The translations under genes were made by a program, and so were the position numbers. A stretch of 32,000 nt of DNA, from the NCBI RefSeq assembly GCF_000008305.1, contig NC_006055.1:750001-782000 (forward strand), read 5' to 3'. The notes under the pieces are model-generated. The model made no database searches. It was given only the letters and a program-made list of their open reading frames with translations, and was not told the DNA's origin. Source of the stretch: Mesoplasma florum L1 (lineage in GTDB: Bacteria > Bacillota_I > Bacilli_A > Mycoplasmatales > Mycoplasmataceae). Below, one piece after another: positions 1 to 12,944 of the stretch (the first letter of the stretch is position 1; the number at the start of each line of letters is the position of its first letter).

Positions 1-603
1 TTCTAAAGTATCAAATGATAATCCTGTTCATCATTCAGGGTATTTTCCGTGAATGTTTCCGATTCCTGCTGCTAACATTGCAATTCCTGTTTTTGAAATT
101 TCTGCTGCTTGAGTTGGGTCACCTAATTCACCGTTTCCAACAACTCCATCTTCTTCTCCACCAATTGAACCAATTTCAGCTTCAACTGAAATTTCGTGTT
201 CATTAGCAAAAATTAATAATTCTTTAGTTTTTGCTAAGTTTTCTTCGTATGGTAAGTGTGATCCATCAAACATAACTGATGAGTAACCAGCTAAAATACA
301 TTTTTTAGCCATTTCAATTGATTGTCCGTGGTCTAAGTGTAATGCAACTGGCACAGTAATGTTTAATTCTTCTAATAAACCATTAACCATCCCAACAACA
401 GTAACTGGTCCACCCATATATTTAATAGCACCTTCACTTGTTCCTAAGATAACAGGTGTGTTTGAAGCTTGAGCTGCTTCTAAGATTGCTTTAGTTCATT
501 CTAAGTTATTAATGTTAAAGTGACCGATTGCGTATTTGTTTTCGTGTGCTGCTTTAACCATAGCTGTAGCATTAACTAATTTTTCATGATATAGTCTTGT
601 CAT
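1..603 (-). CDS. fba: Fructose-bisphosphate aldolase class II (3' end off window)
   Basis: Code-4 translation MTRLYHEKLVNATAMVKAAHENKYAIGHFNINNLEWTKAILEAA...PVALHLDHGQS...SVMFDGSHLPYEENLAKT...VEAEIG; class II aldolase motifs; AGAGG SD upstream of ATG at 603. Confidence 0.95.
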
Positions 604-673
604 TTATTTATCCTCTTTCTTTTACTTCTTTAAAATTATACAACTTTATAACTTTTAAACAAATAATTTTATA

Positions 674-1528
674 TTATCTTTTTGCTGTTCATTTAAATGT
701 AAAAGTTGTTAATGTAAATAATCCACCCAGAATCGCTAATGAACCTACTATTGGTTGTCAGCTTGATGTAAAACTATTCACAGCTCCTTGGAATGTTACT
801 TGAGTTCCTTGGTATGTTTCAGTTCATCCAGTTTTGCTAAATGAATACATATATAAGAATACCGGATATTTATGCGGGATAAAGTAAGTAAATATAACCA
901 TACCTTGACTTTTAAATAGTGACTCAGTTGGTAACATTATTCCAGATAAAAATATACTGAAAAAATACACCATCATTACAATTCCTTGTATTGACCCTGA
1001 TGAATTTGCAATACCCCCAAAAAGAGTTGCTAGTGCAATTGATGTTGCACAAATTAAAATAATTGATAATAATAAATATCCGATTTTAATTGAAGAAAAA
1101 GCTTTTAAGAATGAGTTTGAATCACCTGCGCCTAAAACAATTATACTTAGTATTGCATTAAATGATAAAACAACAATATAAAAGAATATTCCTGCTAATA
1201 AATACACCAGCCATATAGACCCTATAAACATGCTTTTTTTAACACCTGTTATATCAATTCTTTTTAAAAACACTGAGTTCTTTCACTCTACGATTGCAGG
1301 AGTAAGAGATGTTAAAACAGTAAGGCATGGAAGAAGTGCATAATTAAATAATGTTTTTCCTTCTTTTCCAAAAATAAAGAAAAACATAACTGAAAAAAAT
1401 ATTGGAACAACTAACATAAAAATAATACTTCTCGGTTCTTTAATAAATGATTTATAAACTAATAAAGTTAAATTTTTAAATATGCTTGATTGCTTTTTAA
1501 AATTAAATGTGTCAATTTTCTTAAACAT
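674..1528 (-). CDS. ABC-2 type transporter permease
   Basis: ORFs 1283..1528 and 824..1273 joined through TGA=Trp, ending at TAA 674-676; multiple hydrophobic helices; start overlaps the stop of the adjacent ATPase (TAATG). Confidence 0.8.
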
Positions 1529-2232
1529 TATTTCAACTCTCCTTTAAAGAATAAATTCATTAAGTCTCTAACAGAACCATATTTTTTTATTACAGCAGAT
1601 ATTTTTTTGTCAAAAAATATCCCACCATCTTTAATTATTATTATTCGATCACATAATATTTCAACTTCTTCAGGATGATGCGAAACAAGCAATAATGTTT
1701 GTTTTGATTTTTTAACGTTTTCTCTAAAAAAGTCTGTAATTTTATATTGAAGTTCCATGTCCAATCCTGTTGTTAACTCATCTAATATAACAATCTTTGG
1801 ATTATTCATAACAGAAATCATAGCATTGAATCTTTGTTTTTGACCACCTGAAAGTTTTTTTAATGGTGTTTTAATAAATTCTTTAATATCAAAAACATCA
1901 GCAATTGTATTTTCTCATTCTTTTGTAAATTTAGGATATATACTTCTATAAAAAGCTAACATATCTAATGGTGTAATTCCAGCAGGTCAATCTCCTGTTT
2001 GTAATTGAATTCCAATTTCATTTTTAATGTTGCCTTCCAAGTTAATTTTTATTGTTCCTTTATCCGGATTGTTAAATTGAGCTATCATTTCAACTAAAGT
2101 TGTTTTCCCACAACCATTTGCACCCATGATCGCAACTCTTTCGCCTTCTTTAATATCAAGGTTTAAATTATTTAATACAACTTTATTTTTAAATGCTTTT
2201 TTTAAATTACTTATTTCAATTATATTTTTCAT
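1528..2232 (-). CDS. ABC transporter ATP-binding protein
   Basis: Walker A GANGCGKTT, signature LSGGQKQR, Walker B IVILDELTTGLD; track ORFs 1987..2232 and 1528..1821 joined through TGA=Trp. Confidence 0.92.
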
Positions 2233-2336
2233 AATGTCTCCTTTTCATATAAATATAATATTAGCACTATTAAGATAAATAGGAATACACAAAATAAAAT
2301 ATTAGTATAGAATCAATATAAATAAAAGGAGCAATT

Positions 2337-2849
2337 ATGAAACTTAAAGTTGTTAAACCTCAATGAGAACATATAGAAGAAATTTTAAATGCTTTAGAAG
2401 ATTTTAAAAAATATCCAAATGAAATTAAAGAAAACATTCAAGGTTCTTCAGATATACTTTCATTTGAAAGAATTGAAGATTGATTAGAGTTTGTTCATGA
2501 GGGTGTTGGAAATGCTGGATGAATGCCATTTAATCAATATCTTGCATTAGATGAAGAAAATAAAGTTATAGGTTTTATTAATTTAAGATTAAAACTTAAC
2601 GAATACCTTTTAAATTTTGGTGGACATATAGGTTATGGCGTAGTTCCTTCTCGTAGAAAACAAGGGTATGCTACAGAAATGTTAAAACAAACTTTAAAGA
2701 TTGCCAAAAAAGAAGGAATCAATGAAATTTTAATAACTTGTTTAGATTCTAACATTGCTTCTGAAAAAGTCATTTTAAACAACGGTGGAATTTATGAGGA
2801 CTCTAGAATTAATGGAGACAAAACCATTAAAAGATTTTGAATAAAATAA
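2337..2849 (+). CDS. GNAT family N-acetyltransferase
   Basis: Code-4 reading MKLKVVKPQWEHIEEIL...GYGVVPSRRKQGYATEMLKQTLKIAKKEGINEILITCLDSNIASEKVILNNGG...; AAAGGAG SD before ATG. Confidence 0.9.
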
Positions 2850-2876
2850 AAAATCTCGCGAGAGATTTTTTTTATT
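2847..2876. terminator. Bidirectional Rho-independent terminator between convergent GNAT and pyrG
   Basis: aaaaaatctc-gcga-gagattttttt hairpin with A/T tracts on both sides. Confidence 0.85.
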
Positions 2877-4473
2877 ATTTATTATTAACTATAGCTTCAA
2901 CAAAACCTTTGAACAATGGATTTGGTTTATTAGGTCTTGAAGTAAACTCTGGATGATATTGACTTCCAACAAAAAAAGGATGATTTGGTAATTCAATAAT
3001 TTCTACTAATTTTTTTTCTTCATAAATACCTGAAAACACTAAACCTTTTTCTTCTAATGCTTTTTTGTATTCGTTATTGAATTCATATCTATGTCTATGT
3101 CTTTCAAAAACTTCTCTACTTCCATAAAGTTTTTCTGCTTTTGTTCCTTCTTTAATTGTTGTTTTATAGAATGCTCCTAATCTTAATGTACCACCTAAAT
3201 TTTGAACATCTATTCCTCTAATGAAGTCAAAGATAGGAACAGCTCCTGAGTGATCAAATTCAGTTGAATTAGCTTCTGGTAAATTCAATCAATCTCTAGC
3301 GATTGAAATAGTTGCAATTTGCATCCCTAAACAAATACCTAAATACGGAATGCTATTTTCTCTAGCAAATTTAGAAGCTAAAATCATTCCTTCGATACCT
3401 CTGTCTCCAAAACCTCCAGGAACCAAAATACCTTTTGCATTTTGTAAAACTTCTTTATAGTTTGATTCATTTAATTTATCGGCTTGAATTCAATTGATTT
3501 TTAGTTTTCTTTTAAATTCATATCCTGCAATTTTTAAAGATTCGATAACTGATAAATATGCATCTTGTAATTCAATATATTTTCCTACAAAAGTAACTTC
3601 GAATTCTTCTTTTGATGCTTTTATTTTTTCACAGAATTTTATTCAAGATTCCATATCTGTTTTTTTAGTTCTAATTTGTAATTGATCTAAAACTAAACCA
3701 TGTAAATTTTGCTCATACATTTCTAAAGGAACTTCATATATTGATTCTTTATCAATTGCATCAATAACATTAGATGTTGGGATGTTACAAAATAATGAAA
3801 TTTTTTCTTTAATTTCTTTTGAAGAATGTTTATCAGTTCTTTGAACAATAATATCAGGTTGGATTCCTAAACTTAATAATTCTTTAACTGACATTTGAAT
3901 AGGTTTTGTTTTGTATTCTTTTGATGCATTTAGATATAAAAGTAACGCAACATGAATAAACACAACATTTTCTTTTCCTTGTTCCATTCTAATTTGTCTA
4001 ATAGCTTCAATGAATGGTTGAGATTCAATATCACCAACAGTACCACCAATTTCTGAAATGATAACGTCAGCTCCTGATGTTTTAGCAGCTTGGTAAACTT
4101 TGTTTTTAATTGAATCAGTTATGTGCGGAACTACTTGAATAGTTTGTCCGCCTCAATCCCCACGTCTTTCAGCATTAATTGTTTCTAAGTAAATTTTACC
4201 TGCTGAAGTTGAAGACATTTTTGTTAACTTTTCATCTATAAATCTTTCATAGTGACCTAAATCTAAATCAGTTTCTCCACCATCATCAGTTACGAAAACT
4301 TCTCCATGTTGATATGGGCTCATTGTTCCTGGGTCAACATTTAAATAAGGGTCAAATTTTTGCATAAACACTTTTAACCCGCTCGCTTTTAATAAATTAC
4401 CTAATGAACTTGCAGTAATTCCTTTACCTAAGCCAGAAACCACTCCACCTGTTACAAACACAAATTTTGCCAT
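2875..4473 (-). CDS. pyrG: CTP synthase
   Basis: [33 protein letters not shown]...[41 protein letters not shown]; glutamine amidotransferase end ...[13 protein letters not shown]. Confidence 0.97.
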
Positions 4474-4494
4474 AATACTATCTCCTTCTTTTTA

Positions 4495-4542
4495 AAAAAT
4501 AAAAAAAGTTGCTAAAACATAAAAGTCGCAACTTTTCTTTAA
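4495..4542 (-). terminator. Terminator-like hairpin between rpoE and pyrG
   Basis: Minus strand AAAGTTGC-(gacttttatgtttta)-GCAACTTTTTTTATTTTTT; ends about 25 nt before the pyrG ATG. Confidence 0.75.
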
Positions 4543-4545
4543 TTA

Positions 4546-4962
4546 TTACATACTATCTTCTTCATCGTCATTGTAATAAATTGATGTTGAATCTTCTTCT
4601 TCCTCTTCGACAAAAAGGTCATCATAAACCTCTGGGTTTTCATCATCTTCATCTTCTGAAACCACTTCATCATTTTCATCATCAGATTCATTTTTTTTCT
4701 TTTTAACTGGTTTTGGGTCAAATTTTTTCTTGATGTCCTCAATTTTTGAGTCGTCGCTTAACGCTCATTCACCTTTAGTAGAAAGAGCGAATCTAACATC
4801 AAGAACTAAATCACTATATAAATCTGCAATAGCTTCATTTTCATCATTTTTGTGATTTATTGCTTTATCTTTGATTGATTCTCAAATAGCCATTAATTTC
4901 ATTGGACTTTTACGTTTTCTTAAAAGTTCATAAGCCAAGTCAATATTTGATAAACTTTCCAT
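4546..4962 (-). CDS. rpoE: DNA-directed RNA polymerase subunit delta
   Basis: Code-4 reading MESLSNIDLAYELLRKRKSPMKLMAIWESIKDKA... with a C-terminal acidic tail (PEVYDDLFVEEEEEDSTSIYYNDDEEDSM); adjacent to pyrG as in Firmicutes. The track ORF 4539..4742 is in the wrong frame. Confidence 0.9.
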
Positions 4963-4986
4963 TCTATTCACCCTTACTCTCTATAT

Positions 4987-6195
4987 TTACATTACTTCTT
5001 TTGGAAAAAAGTATTTTTTAATTGTTTTTTCATCTTCGATTAATTTAACTGTATTAGCCAATAAACTAAATTTAGTTAATGATTTTACCACATTGTTTTT
5101 ATCAACTATATAAATAGTTTGATCTTTGCCATCTGTTACACCATCTTTATAAATGCTAGGTTTTTTAACCTTAGGTTCAATAAAATAGTATTTAGGATCT
5201 TTGCCCTCTTCTTTTAATAAGGTTTTAATTTCTCTTATTTTAAATTCATCTGCCTCTTTTAATTTTAAGAAATTTCTATTAATTAATCGATCAGATAAAT
5301 CATTAAGAATATGGTCATTTTCTTTTTGACAACTTTTCATGATATCAAACATCGTGAAATCATCTAAAATTAAGTATAAATGTATTGGGATATTTTGTCC
5401 ATTAAAAATATAACTAAAATAATTATTTATTCTATCATCCAAAAATTTATACCCTTTTTCATTTAAATCAATAATTCTTTCAAATCAACTTATAAGTGTT
5501 ACATCAAAAGCTGTTGATATTTTATGTTCATAAACTTGCTTATACATGTGGTATCTTCCAAGTAAATATGACTCAATTGCATGAATTGTTTTTTTAGGGA
5601 ATACAATTTTGTCATCCATAATTCTAACATTTCTAATTAAAAATTCTGTATCTAGTGAAGAATAATTAACACCACAGTAATATGAATCTCTCATCAAGTA
5701 GTCTATTCTATCTGCATCTAATTGACTGCTAACTAATGAATTTAAAACTTTATTTGGATATTTACCTTCTAGTATAGCAATTATATCTTCAGGATCCACC
5801 TTGTGTTTTTTTAAAATTTTTGAAATGTTTCCTTCAGGATTTCTAATTATGTCAGCACTATATTCTTCATGACTTCTATTGCTTATTTTTTCAAATGTAT
5901 GAGAAAACGGACCATGACCAATATCGTGCATTAAACCTGCAAGTAAAACTATTTTCTTTTCTTTAGCTGATATTTTTTCAAAATCTGGTGCTTTAAGAAA
6001 TTGTGAAATGATATGGTAAACACCTAAACAATGAGTAAATCTTGTATGTGTTGCTCCAGCATAAGCAAATTGAGCTCCACCTAATTGAAGAATTCTTCTT
6101 AATCTTTGCATTTCTGGTGAATTAATTATTTCCATAAAAATCTCATCATGAATAAATATGTCACCGTGAATACTATCTCTAAAAACTTTTTCCAT
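4987..6195 (-). CDS. HD-domain phosphohydrolase (YwfO/dNTPase-like)
   Basis: MEKVFRDSIHGDIFIHDE...MQRLRRILQLGGAQFAYAGATHTRFTHCLGV...LLAGLMHDIGHGPFSHTFE...LDADRIDYLMRDSYYCGV; joined to ORF 4987..5442 through TGA=Trp. Confidence 0.92.
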
Positions 6196-6204
6196 AATAA
6201 TTAC

Positions 6205-7653
6205 CTATTTAACCTTAGCTATGTTTGCTAAAACCTTATCTTTACCTAATAAATAAATAACATCAGCTAGTGAAGGACCATGTTCAGAGCTTGAAGAAGC
6301 AATTCTGATAGGCATAAATAAATCTTTACCTTTTTTACCAGTATTTTCGCTAACTAATTTAATTAAAGATTTAATATTTTCGATTTCTCATTCGTTTAAA
6401 GTAGATATTTGAGTTTCAAATTCTTTAATGACACTTTCATGCTCTTCAATTGTTTTCAATATTTCAATTGTTTCACTTGTAACATCAACTTCATTAAAGA
6501 ATATATTTAAATGATTATTGATTTGATCAGCAAACTCTAATTCTTTTTTAAATAAAAGTAAAACTTGATTTAATCAATCTTCAGATTTCTCTTTAGTATT
6601 AAACATTTCAGTATTAATGTATTTTTTAGTAAATTCTAAATATTCTTCTTCAGATAAGGCTTTCATATATTGAGAATTTATTCACTTCATTTTTGTCATA
6701 TCAAATGTTGAAGGAGATTTACTAAATCTTTTATCATCAAACATTGAAATTAATTCTTGCTTAGTCAACAATTCTTTTTCTCCAATTGGTGATCAACCTA
6801 ATAAAGAAATGTAATTAAACATTGCCTCTGGTAAATAACCTTGATTTTTATACTGCTCAATGAAAAATAATGCATTACCACTTCTTTTTGACAATTTTTT
6901 ACCTGTAGAATCAACAATTAATGACATATGTCCAAATTGAGGTGTTTCTCATCCAAAAGCTTGATAAATTAAAATTTGTCTTGGAGTATTTGAAATATGT
7001 TCTTCACCTCTTAAAACATGAGAAATTTCCATGTCAAAATCATCAACAACAACAGCAAAGTTATATGTCGCTATTTTATTAGTTTTTAAAATAACAAAAT
7101 CTCCTAACTCCTTAGAATCAAATGTAATTTCACCTTTTATAAAGTCTTTAATATTCAAAGTAGTTTCAGGAACTAAAAATCTAATTGAAAAATCTTTATT
7201 CGATTTTAAATTTGACTCAATTTCACTTTCACTTAATCTTGAGCACTTCCCAGAGTACTTAGTAGCAACTATGCCTTTTGCAACTTGATCTTCATAATCT
7301 TTTTCCAATTCTTCAGTTGTACAAAAACAACGATATGCTTTTTTTATTGAAATAAGTTTTTCAGCAAGTTCTTGATATCTACCAAATTTTTGAGATTGCA
7401 TGTACTTACCATACTTCTCTTCACCAGGTTTTAAAAATGATTCATCTGCATTTATTCCAAGCCAATTTAAGTTTTCAAATTGTGATTCAATTGCTCCTTC
7501 AACATTTCTTTCTAAATCAGTATCTTCTATTCTTACAATAAAATCACCATTATAATGTTTAGCAAATAAATAATTCATTAAAGCTGTTCTTGTGTTTCCA
7601 ATGTGTAAGAAACCAGTTGGCGATGGTGCATATCTTAATCTGAACTTAGTCAT
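6205..7653 (-). CDS. gltX: Glutamyl-tRNA synthetase
   Basis: [49 protein letters not shown]; class I aaRS HIGH motif; code-4 reading runs to TAG 6205-6207. Confidence 0.97.
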
Positions 7654-7700
7654 GTATTCTCCTTTGTAATTTTCAAACTTTATATATTTTATCAATTTTT

Positions 7701-9458
7701 TTATTTGTTTGTTTTCTTTTTATCTTTTGACGCTTTTTTTAAGTTTTCTTTTTTTTCTTTATTTTCAATTAATGCTGTTAATTTTTTTTCTGATATTAAC
7801 TCTGTACCTTCTTCAAATAATAATTCATCTTTTGCAACAAGCGTAGCGGCAAAAATTCCACCAGTAACATTTGTTGCTGTTCTACCCATGTCAAATAAAC
7901 CATCAATAGCACCAAAAATTGCATAAACAGGAGCAAAGAAAGCTCCAAAACCAATTCCATTTAAAACTGCAGATGTTACAACAGTTGCAGTACCGGGAAC
8001 ACCAGCAATACCAATACTTGCAACAATTGTAGTAAATAGTCCTAATATAAAGAATGCAAATATGTTCATTGATGCAACAGTTTCAGAACCTGTGTATAAA
8101 ACAGAAGTAATTAATCCTGCTTGAACCCCAGCACAAGCAACAAGCCCAAGTGAAGTAGACAGTGGAGCTACTATGCTTGTTACCTTATCTTTAATTTTCA
8201 TGCCATTAGACAATGTGTCCATAGTTACTGGCAGTGTTGCATTTGAAGACTGTGTTGAGAAAGCTTGAACAAAAGGTCTTCAAGCATGTTTTCATCAAGC
8301 TTTAACATTAATTCCTGATAAGAATAAAATTAAAGTCATAACACCTAACATAATTATTAAACCTAAATATCCAACTCCTAATATTAAACCTATAGAAGCA
8401 AGTGCACCTATAGCTCTTGTTGTAATTGAAGTTGTCAACATGGCCATTACTGCTAATGGCATTATTTTCATAAATGTCATTAATATAGACATAACTATAT
8501 CTCAAGCTCTGTCCATGAAATTCATTAAATTATCCATTGACTCAGGATGTTTTTTTCTTACGAATGTTGTTGCATATCCAACCAATGCAGCAAGCACAAT
8601 AACGGGTATGATTGCTGTTGCTGATAATGTTGCAACGAAATTAGAAGGTATGTATCCCCAAATTATTTCTGGTAAAGCTTTAGAATCTGTTCTTCCAGAA
8701 CCACCAGGTATTTGTTGATCAAAATTTAATCCTTTACCAATTTTTAAAACGTATCCTATTCAGAAAGTAATTGTAAATGCAATAGCTACATTTATTAGTA
8801 AAATAGCTACAGCTTTTCCAGATATTCTTCCTAAACCTTTACTTCCAGGTTTAGCAACAACTCTAAAGATTGCAATAAATACAACTGGTATTGTAATTAA
8901 TAAAATACCATTAATAAATATTTGTCTTAACATTGATGCTCACGTATTAAATTCAATTATTCAATTTATTCCAGACTTTACTTCTGGTGAAAAAGAAATT
9001 GCTGAATTAAAAGCTACATTTGCTCCTTTAGCATCTTTAAATAAAGAAAGTTTTGTTAATCCGTTTATTATCGCTTCGTATCCGTCTAATCCAATTATTA
9101 ATTTTATTTGAACATAGTTACCTTTTATTTCAGCCATTCCTTCAAGATTTGGCTTTTCAATATAATATTCTGAAATATTTAATCAATTGCCATCAACAAG
9201 CGCCCAAGCTGATTGTCCATCATGTGAAAATCATGAACCTCCAGGGAAACCTATAATTGCTTGAATTGCTATACCAAATATTAAACCTATAGATATACCT
9301 ATAAATATTCTGTATACAAATTTAATTTTTATTTGTCTTAATCCATATCAAAACCCACCCATTAAACCAAAAAACAATACAATCGCTAAAAGTGATTGTC
9401 ATGTGCTTATGCTTAAAAAGTTTTGAAGGAATGTTTCTTTAAAACTGCTTAATAACAT
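7701..9458 (-). CDS. Cation:dicarboxylate/amino acid symporter family protein
   Basis: Code-4 reading of 585 aa; ...QSSNATLPVTMD...GVPGTATVVTSAVLNGIGFG...AIDGLFDMGRTATNVTGG (SDF family motifs); GAGGAT SD. Confidence 0.88.
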
Positions 9459-9488
9459 TTTTATATCCTCTTTTTTCTTTTCTTAAAT

Positions 9489-10817
9489 TTATATTAACTT
9501 ACTTAAAGCAATATGAATAATATCTGTTGTTCTTGAAAACGGTGGAGAGTATGGCAAATCAATTTGCTCTAAAGTTTCGTCAACTTTACTTCTTGACCAA
9601 ATTAAACCAACTAATCCATAAATTCTTAAAACAGATTTATTTTTTCCTATCATTTGCACGTTAATAATTTCTTTAGTTTTAACATCTATGATTACTTTCA
9701 ATCATATATCTTCTTGCCCAGTTACATAATTAGTGTGATCCTTATCTTTAATTAAAACTTCTTTAGTTTCAATACTGTTCATATCAATAAACATTCTATT
9801 TTCACCAGTTCTCGCTAACTCTAAATCAAAGAATCTTATTATTGTTGTTCCTAATGCCCCAACAAATTTACTTGATTTATTTTTATTAACATTATTTGCT
9901 ATTATTTTTGCCTGTTTATTTGCCACTGTTGCTAAATAAAATGTTCTTGTGTTTTTATATAAATAACTTAAACTGCTACAACAATCTCCACCTGCGTAAA
10001 CATTAGGAATATTCGTTTCACAATATTCGTTAATTTTTATTGCACCATTATTTTCTAACTCTAAATCGGTATCTCTTAGAAATGAAGTATTTGGTATAAC
10101 ACCAATACTTAAAATAACCACATCACATTTTATTATTTCACCATTAATTGTTTTAGCTCCAGTTACTTTGCCATTATTATCTTTAACAAATTCTATAACT
10201 TCATTATTTTTAAACAGCTCTATTTCTTGATTTAAAATTTCTTTTTCTACTAATTCAGAAAATTCTTCATCAAATAAATTTTTTAACACTCTATCTGCTT
10301 TTTCAATAATTGATATTTTTGCTGCTGTACTATGTTTAATATTTTCAACCATTTCTAAACCAATTAAACCTGATCCTATTATTAAAACGTTACTATCATC
10401 ATTGATTGTTTTTCTAATTTCAATCGCGTCTTCTTTTGAATTAACAGTAAATATATTTTTGGCATCTATATTTTTAATTTCAGGAGTTATTGGTTTTGCA
10501 CCAACAGCAATAACTAAATTGTCATAAGATATCTGTGATTCTTCAAAAATAACCTTTTTATTTTCAAAATCGATTTTGTTTACTTTTGAATTACTAATAA
10601 CAGAAATCTGTGATTCTTCAAATTTTTCAATTTTTCTTGCGATCAAGGTTTCTGGATTTTCAAAATTATGACCTATATAATATGGTATTCCGCAAGCTCC
10701 AAGCGAAACATAATCCTTATCCTGAATAACAACTATTTCATTTTGTTCATTTAGTCTTTTAAGTTTAGCTGCAACACCCATACCCGTTGCTGAACCACCA
10801 ATAATAACAGTTTTCAT
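9489..10817 (-). CDS. CoA-disulfide reductase-like FAD-dependent pyridine nucleotide-disulfide oxidoreductase
   Basis: MKTVIIGGSATGMGVAAKLKRL...VSLGACGIPYYIG (CoADR/Nox redox Cys region), DVLNIGSGLIGLEMVENI-type second Rossmann motif, NVYAGGDCC; track ORFs 9702..10817 and 9489..9701 joined through TGA=Trp. Confidence 0.88.
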
Positions 10818-10994
10818 TTTGCCTCCATTTTTGAAATTATTAATATTATAGTCCTATTTTTTAAAAAGTAAAAAGTTATTATAAAACTATAGTTTTAATT
10901 TAATAATATATATAAGCCTAAAATGAAAAAAATAAATTTTAGTTGAAATTATGTTTAGAAAAGGTTTAAATTAATCAATGAAAGAAGTGTGGAC

Positions 10995-12911
10995 ATGGCA
11001 AAATATTTAGTATTACTTGAATCACCATCAAAGGTTGAAAAGATTAAACATTATTTAGAGAAAAATTTTCAAGAAGATTCTTTTGAGGTTTTAGCTAGTG
11101 GTGGTCATATTAACAGAATAGCAGACTCTGGACCTTGAGGGCTTGGAATAGACCTTCAAACAATGACACCAACATTTAAAATAGAAACAACAAAGAAAAA
11201 GAATGTTTCTGAAATTGTAAAAGCTGGTAAAAGTGCGGATAAAATTATTCTTGCTTCCGATCCCGACCGTGAAGGAGAAGCTATTGCTTGACATTTAGCA
11301 AATCTTTTTGCTAAAGATAATAAAGAAATAAAAAGAATAACATTTAATGAAATTACTGAAAGTGCTGTTGTTAAGGCTTTTGGTGAAATGAGAGAAATAG
11401 ATATAGATTTAGTTAACGCACAGTTGTCTAGACAAATGTTAGATAAAATAATCGGATATATGGTTTCTAATTCTCTTCAAAAAAGCACAGGATTATTAAG
11501 CGCAGGTAGGGTTCAAACACCAGCATTAAAAATACTTGTTGATAGAGATAAAATAATTAAAGCTTTCGTTGAAACTATTTATAAAAAGATTTTTGTTATG
11601 GATTCAAAGCAAAATGTTAAATTATTTTTATACAAAGACGATAATAACTTAGTTGTAAATGATCCAAAAAATTATTATATTTCTGAAGAACAATCTAAAG
11701 TTATTATAAATAACTTAGGTGAAGATTATAAATGTACTAAATATAAAGCCAAAGAATTTGAAGTAAGAAGCTTTAAACCTTATTCAACAGCTAGTTTGCT
11801 ACAGGATGGTTTTAGTAAATTGAGAATGAGTGCTGCTCAAATTACAGTTGCTGCTCAAAAACTTTATGAAGCAGGACTTGTGACATATATAAGAACAGAT
11901 TCTAATAGATATTCTAGTGATTTTGTTCTTGAAGCTAAGAATTTTATTAATAAAAATTTTAAAGGTGATCTTTTTAAAGAAGCTGTTCCTGTAAGAACTC
12001 AAGCTAATGCGCAAGAAGCCCATGAGTCAATTAGACCAACAGATTTAAACCAACGACCAGAAAACATATCTTCACAAATAGAAGACAAAAATATGATTAG
12101 ACTTTATAACTTAATTTGATGAAATACAGTTAAATCATTAATGAAAGGTCCTAGTGGTTTCTATCACAACTGAACTTTCTGAAATAATGGTTATGAATTT
12201 AAACAAAGTTGAAAAGAAGTATTGGATTTAGGATACAACAAATTGGATAAATTTGAAACCGATGAGGATGTTGAGCTTGATGAAAATGATGATGAGATTT
12301 CTAATGATGATGAAATCAAGCCACCTTTTGAATTTAAGGAAAATTATGTTTTCTCAATTAATAAAAACGCAATAGTCACAGAAGAGGCTAAAACATCTCC
12401 ACCAAGAATGTTTAACCAAGCAAGTTTGGTTAGAGAGCTAAAAGATTTGGGTATTGGAAGACCTTCAACTTATACTCCAACTCTTTCAAAATTAAAAGAA
12501 CGAGAATATGCAATACCACATAGAGGTAAACCATTTGAAGTTACTGAAAAAGGGTATCAAGCAGAAGAGTTTTTATATAATAAATATGAAGATTTCTTCA
12601 ATGTTAATTACACAGCTAAAATGGAAGAAAATTTAGATGAGATAGCAGAAGGTAAGTTTGATTACAAAGATTGAATTAAGACAATTTATGAAGACTTAAA
12701 TGCTTCTGTGAAAGCTCAAATTCAAGAAGCTAAGACTAGCGATATAAAATGCCCTAGATGTCATGAAGGTAATCTTGTATTTATTAAATCTAAATTTGGT
12801 AGAGGTAGAGGTTGTTCTAACTTCACAACAACTAAATGCGGATATCGTGAATATGAACAAAGAGATGGTTCATGATTAGAATACGTTGCTAAGCCAAAAG
12901 AAACAAAATAA
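10995..12911 (+). CDS. topA: DNA topoisomerase I
   Basis: Code-4 reading MAKYLVLLESPSKVEKIKHYL...GHINRIADSGPWGLGIDL...DPDREGEAIAWHLA...LLSAGRVQTPAL...AGLVTYIRTDS; C-terminal Cys4-type CPRC...GCSNFTTTKC. Confidence 0.97.
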
Positions 12912-12944
12912 AAAAACAAGGTTTTAAAAATCCTTGTTTTTTTA
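12909..12944. terminator. Bidirectional terminator between convergent topA and the PD-(D/E)XK-like gene
   Basis: aaaaaacaagg-(ttttaaaaat)-ccttgtttttt. Confidence 0.85.

Noticed and set aside
4539-4742. Track ORF MRTSRKNLTQNQLKRKKMNLMM...
   Set aside because: Out-of-frame reading of the GAA/GAT-rich acidic tail of rpoE.
8440-8718. Plus-strand ORFs such as 8440..8718, 9053..9256, 17809..18324, 22242..22511, 30930..31523
   Set aside because: Antisense to well-supported genes; low-complexity translations without domain signals.
10818-10994. Divergent intergenic region upstream of topA as a possible additional small gene or riboswitch
   Set aside because: Only short AT-rich sequence; candidate ATGs run into TAA/TAG quickly and no stable aptamer-like fold is visible.
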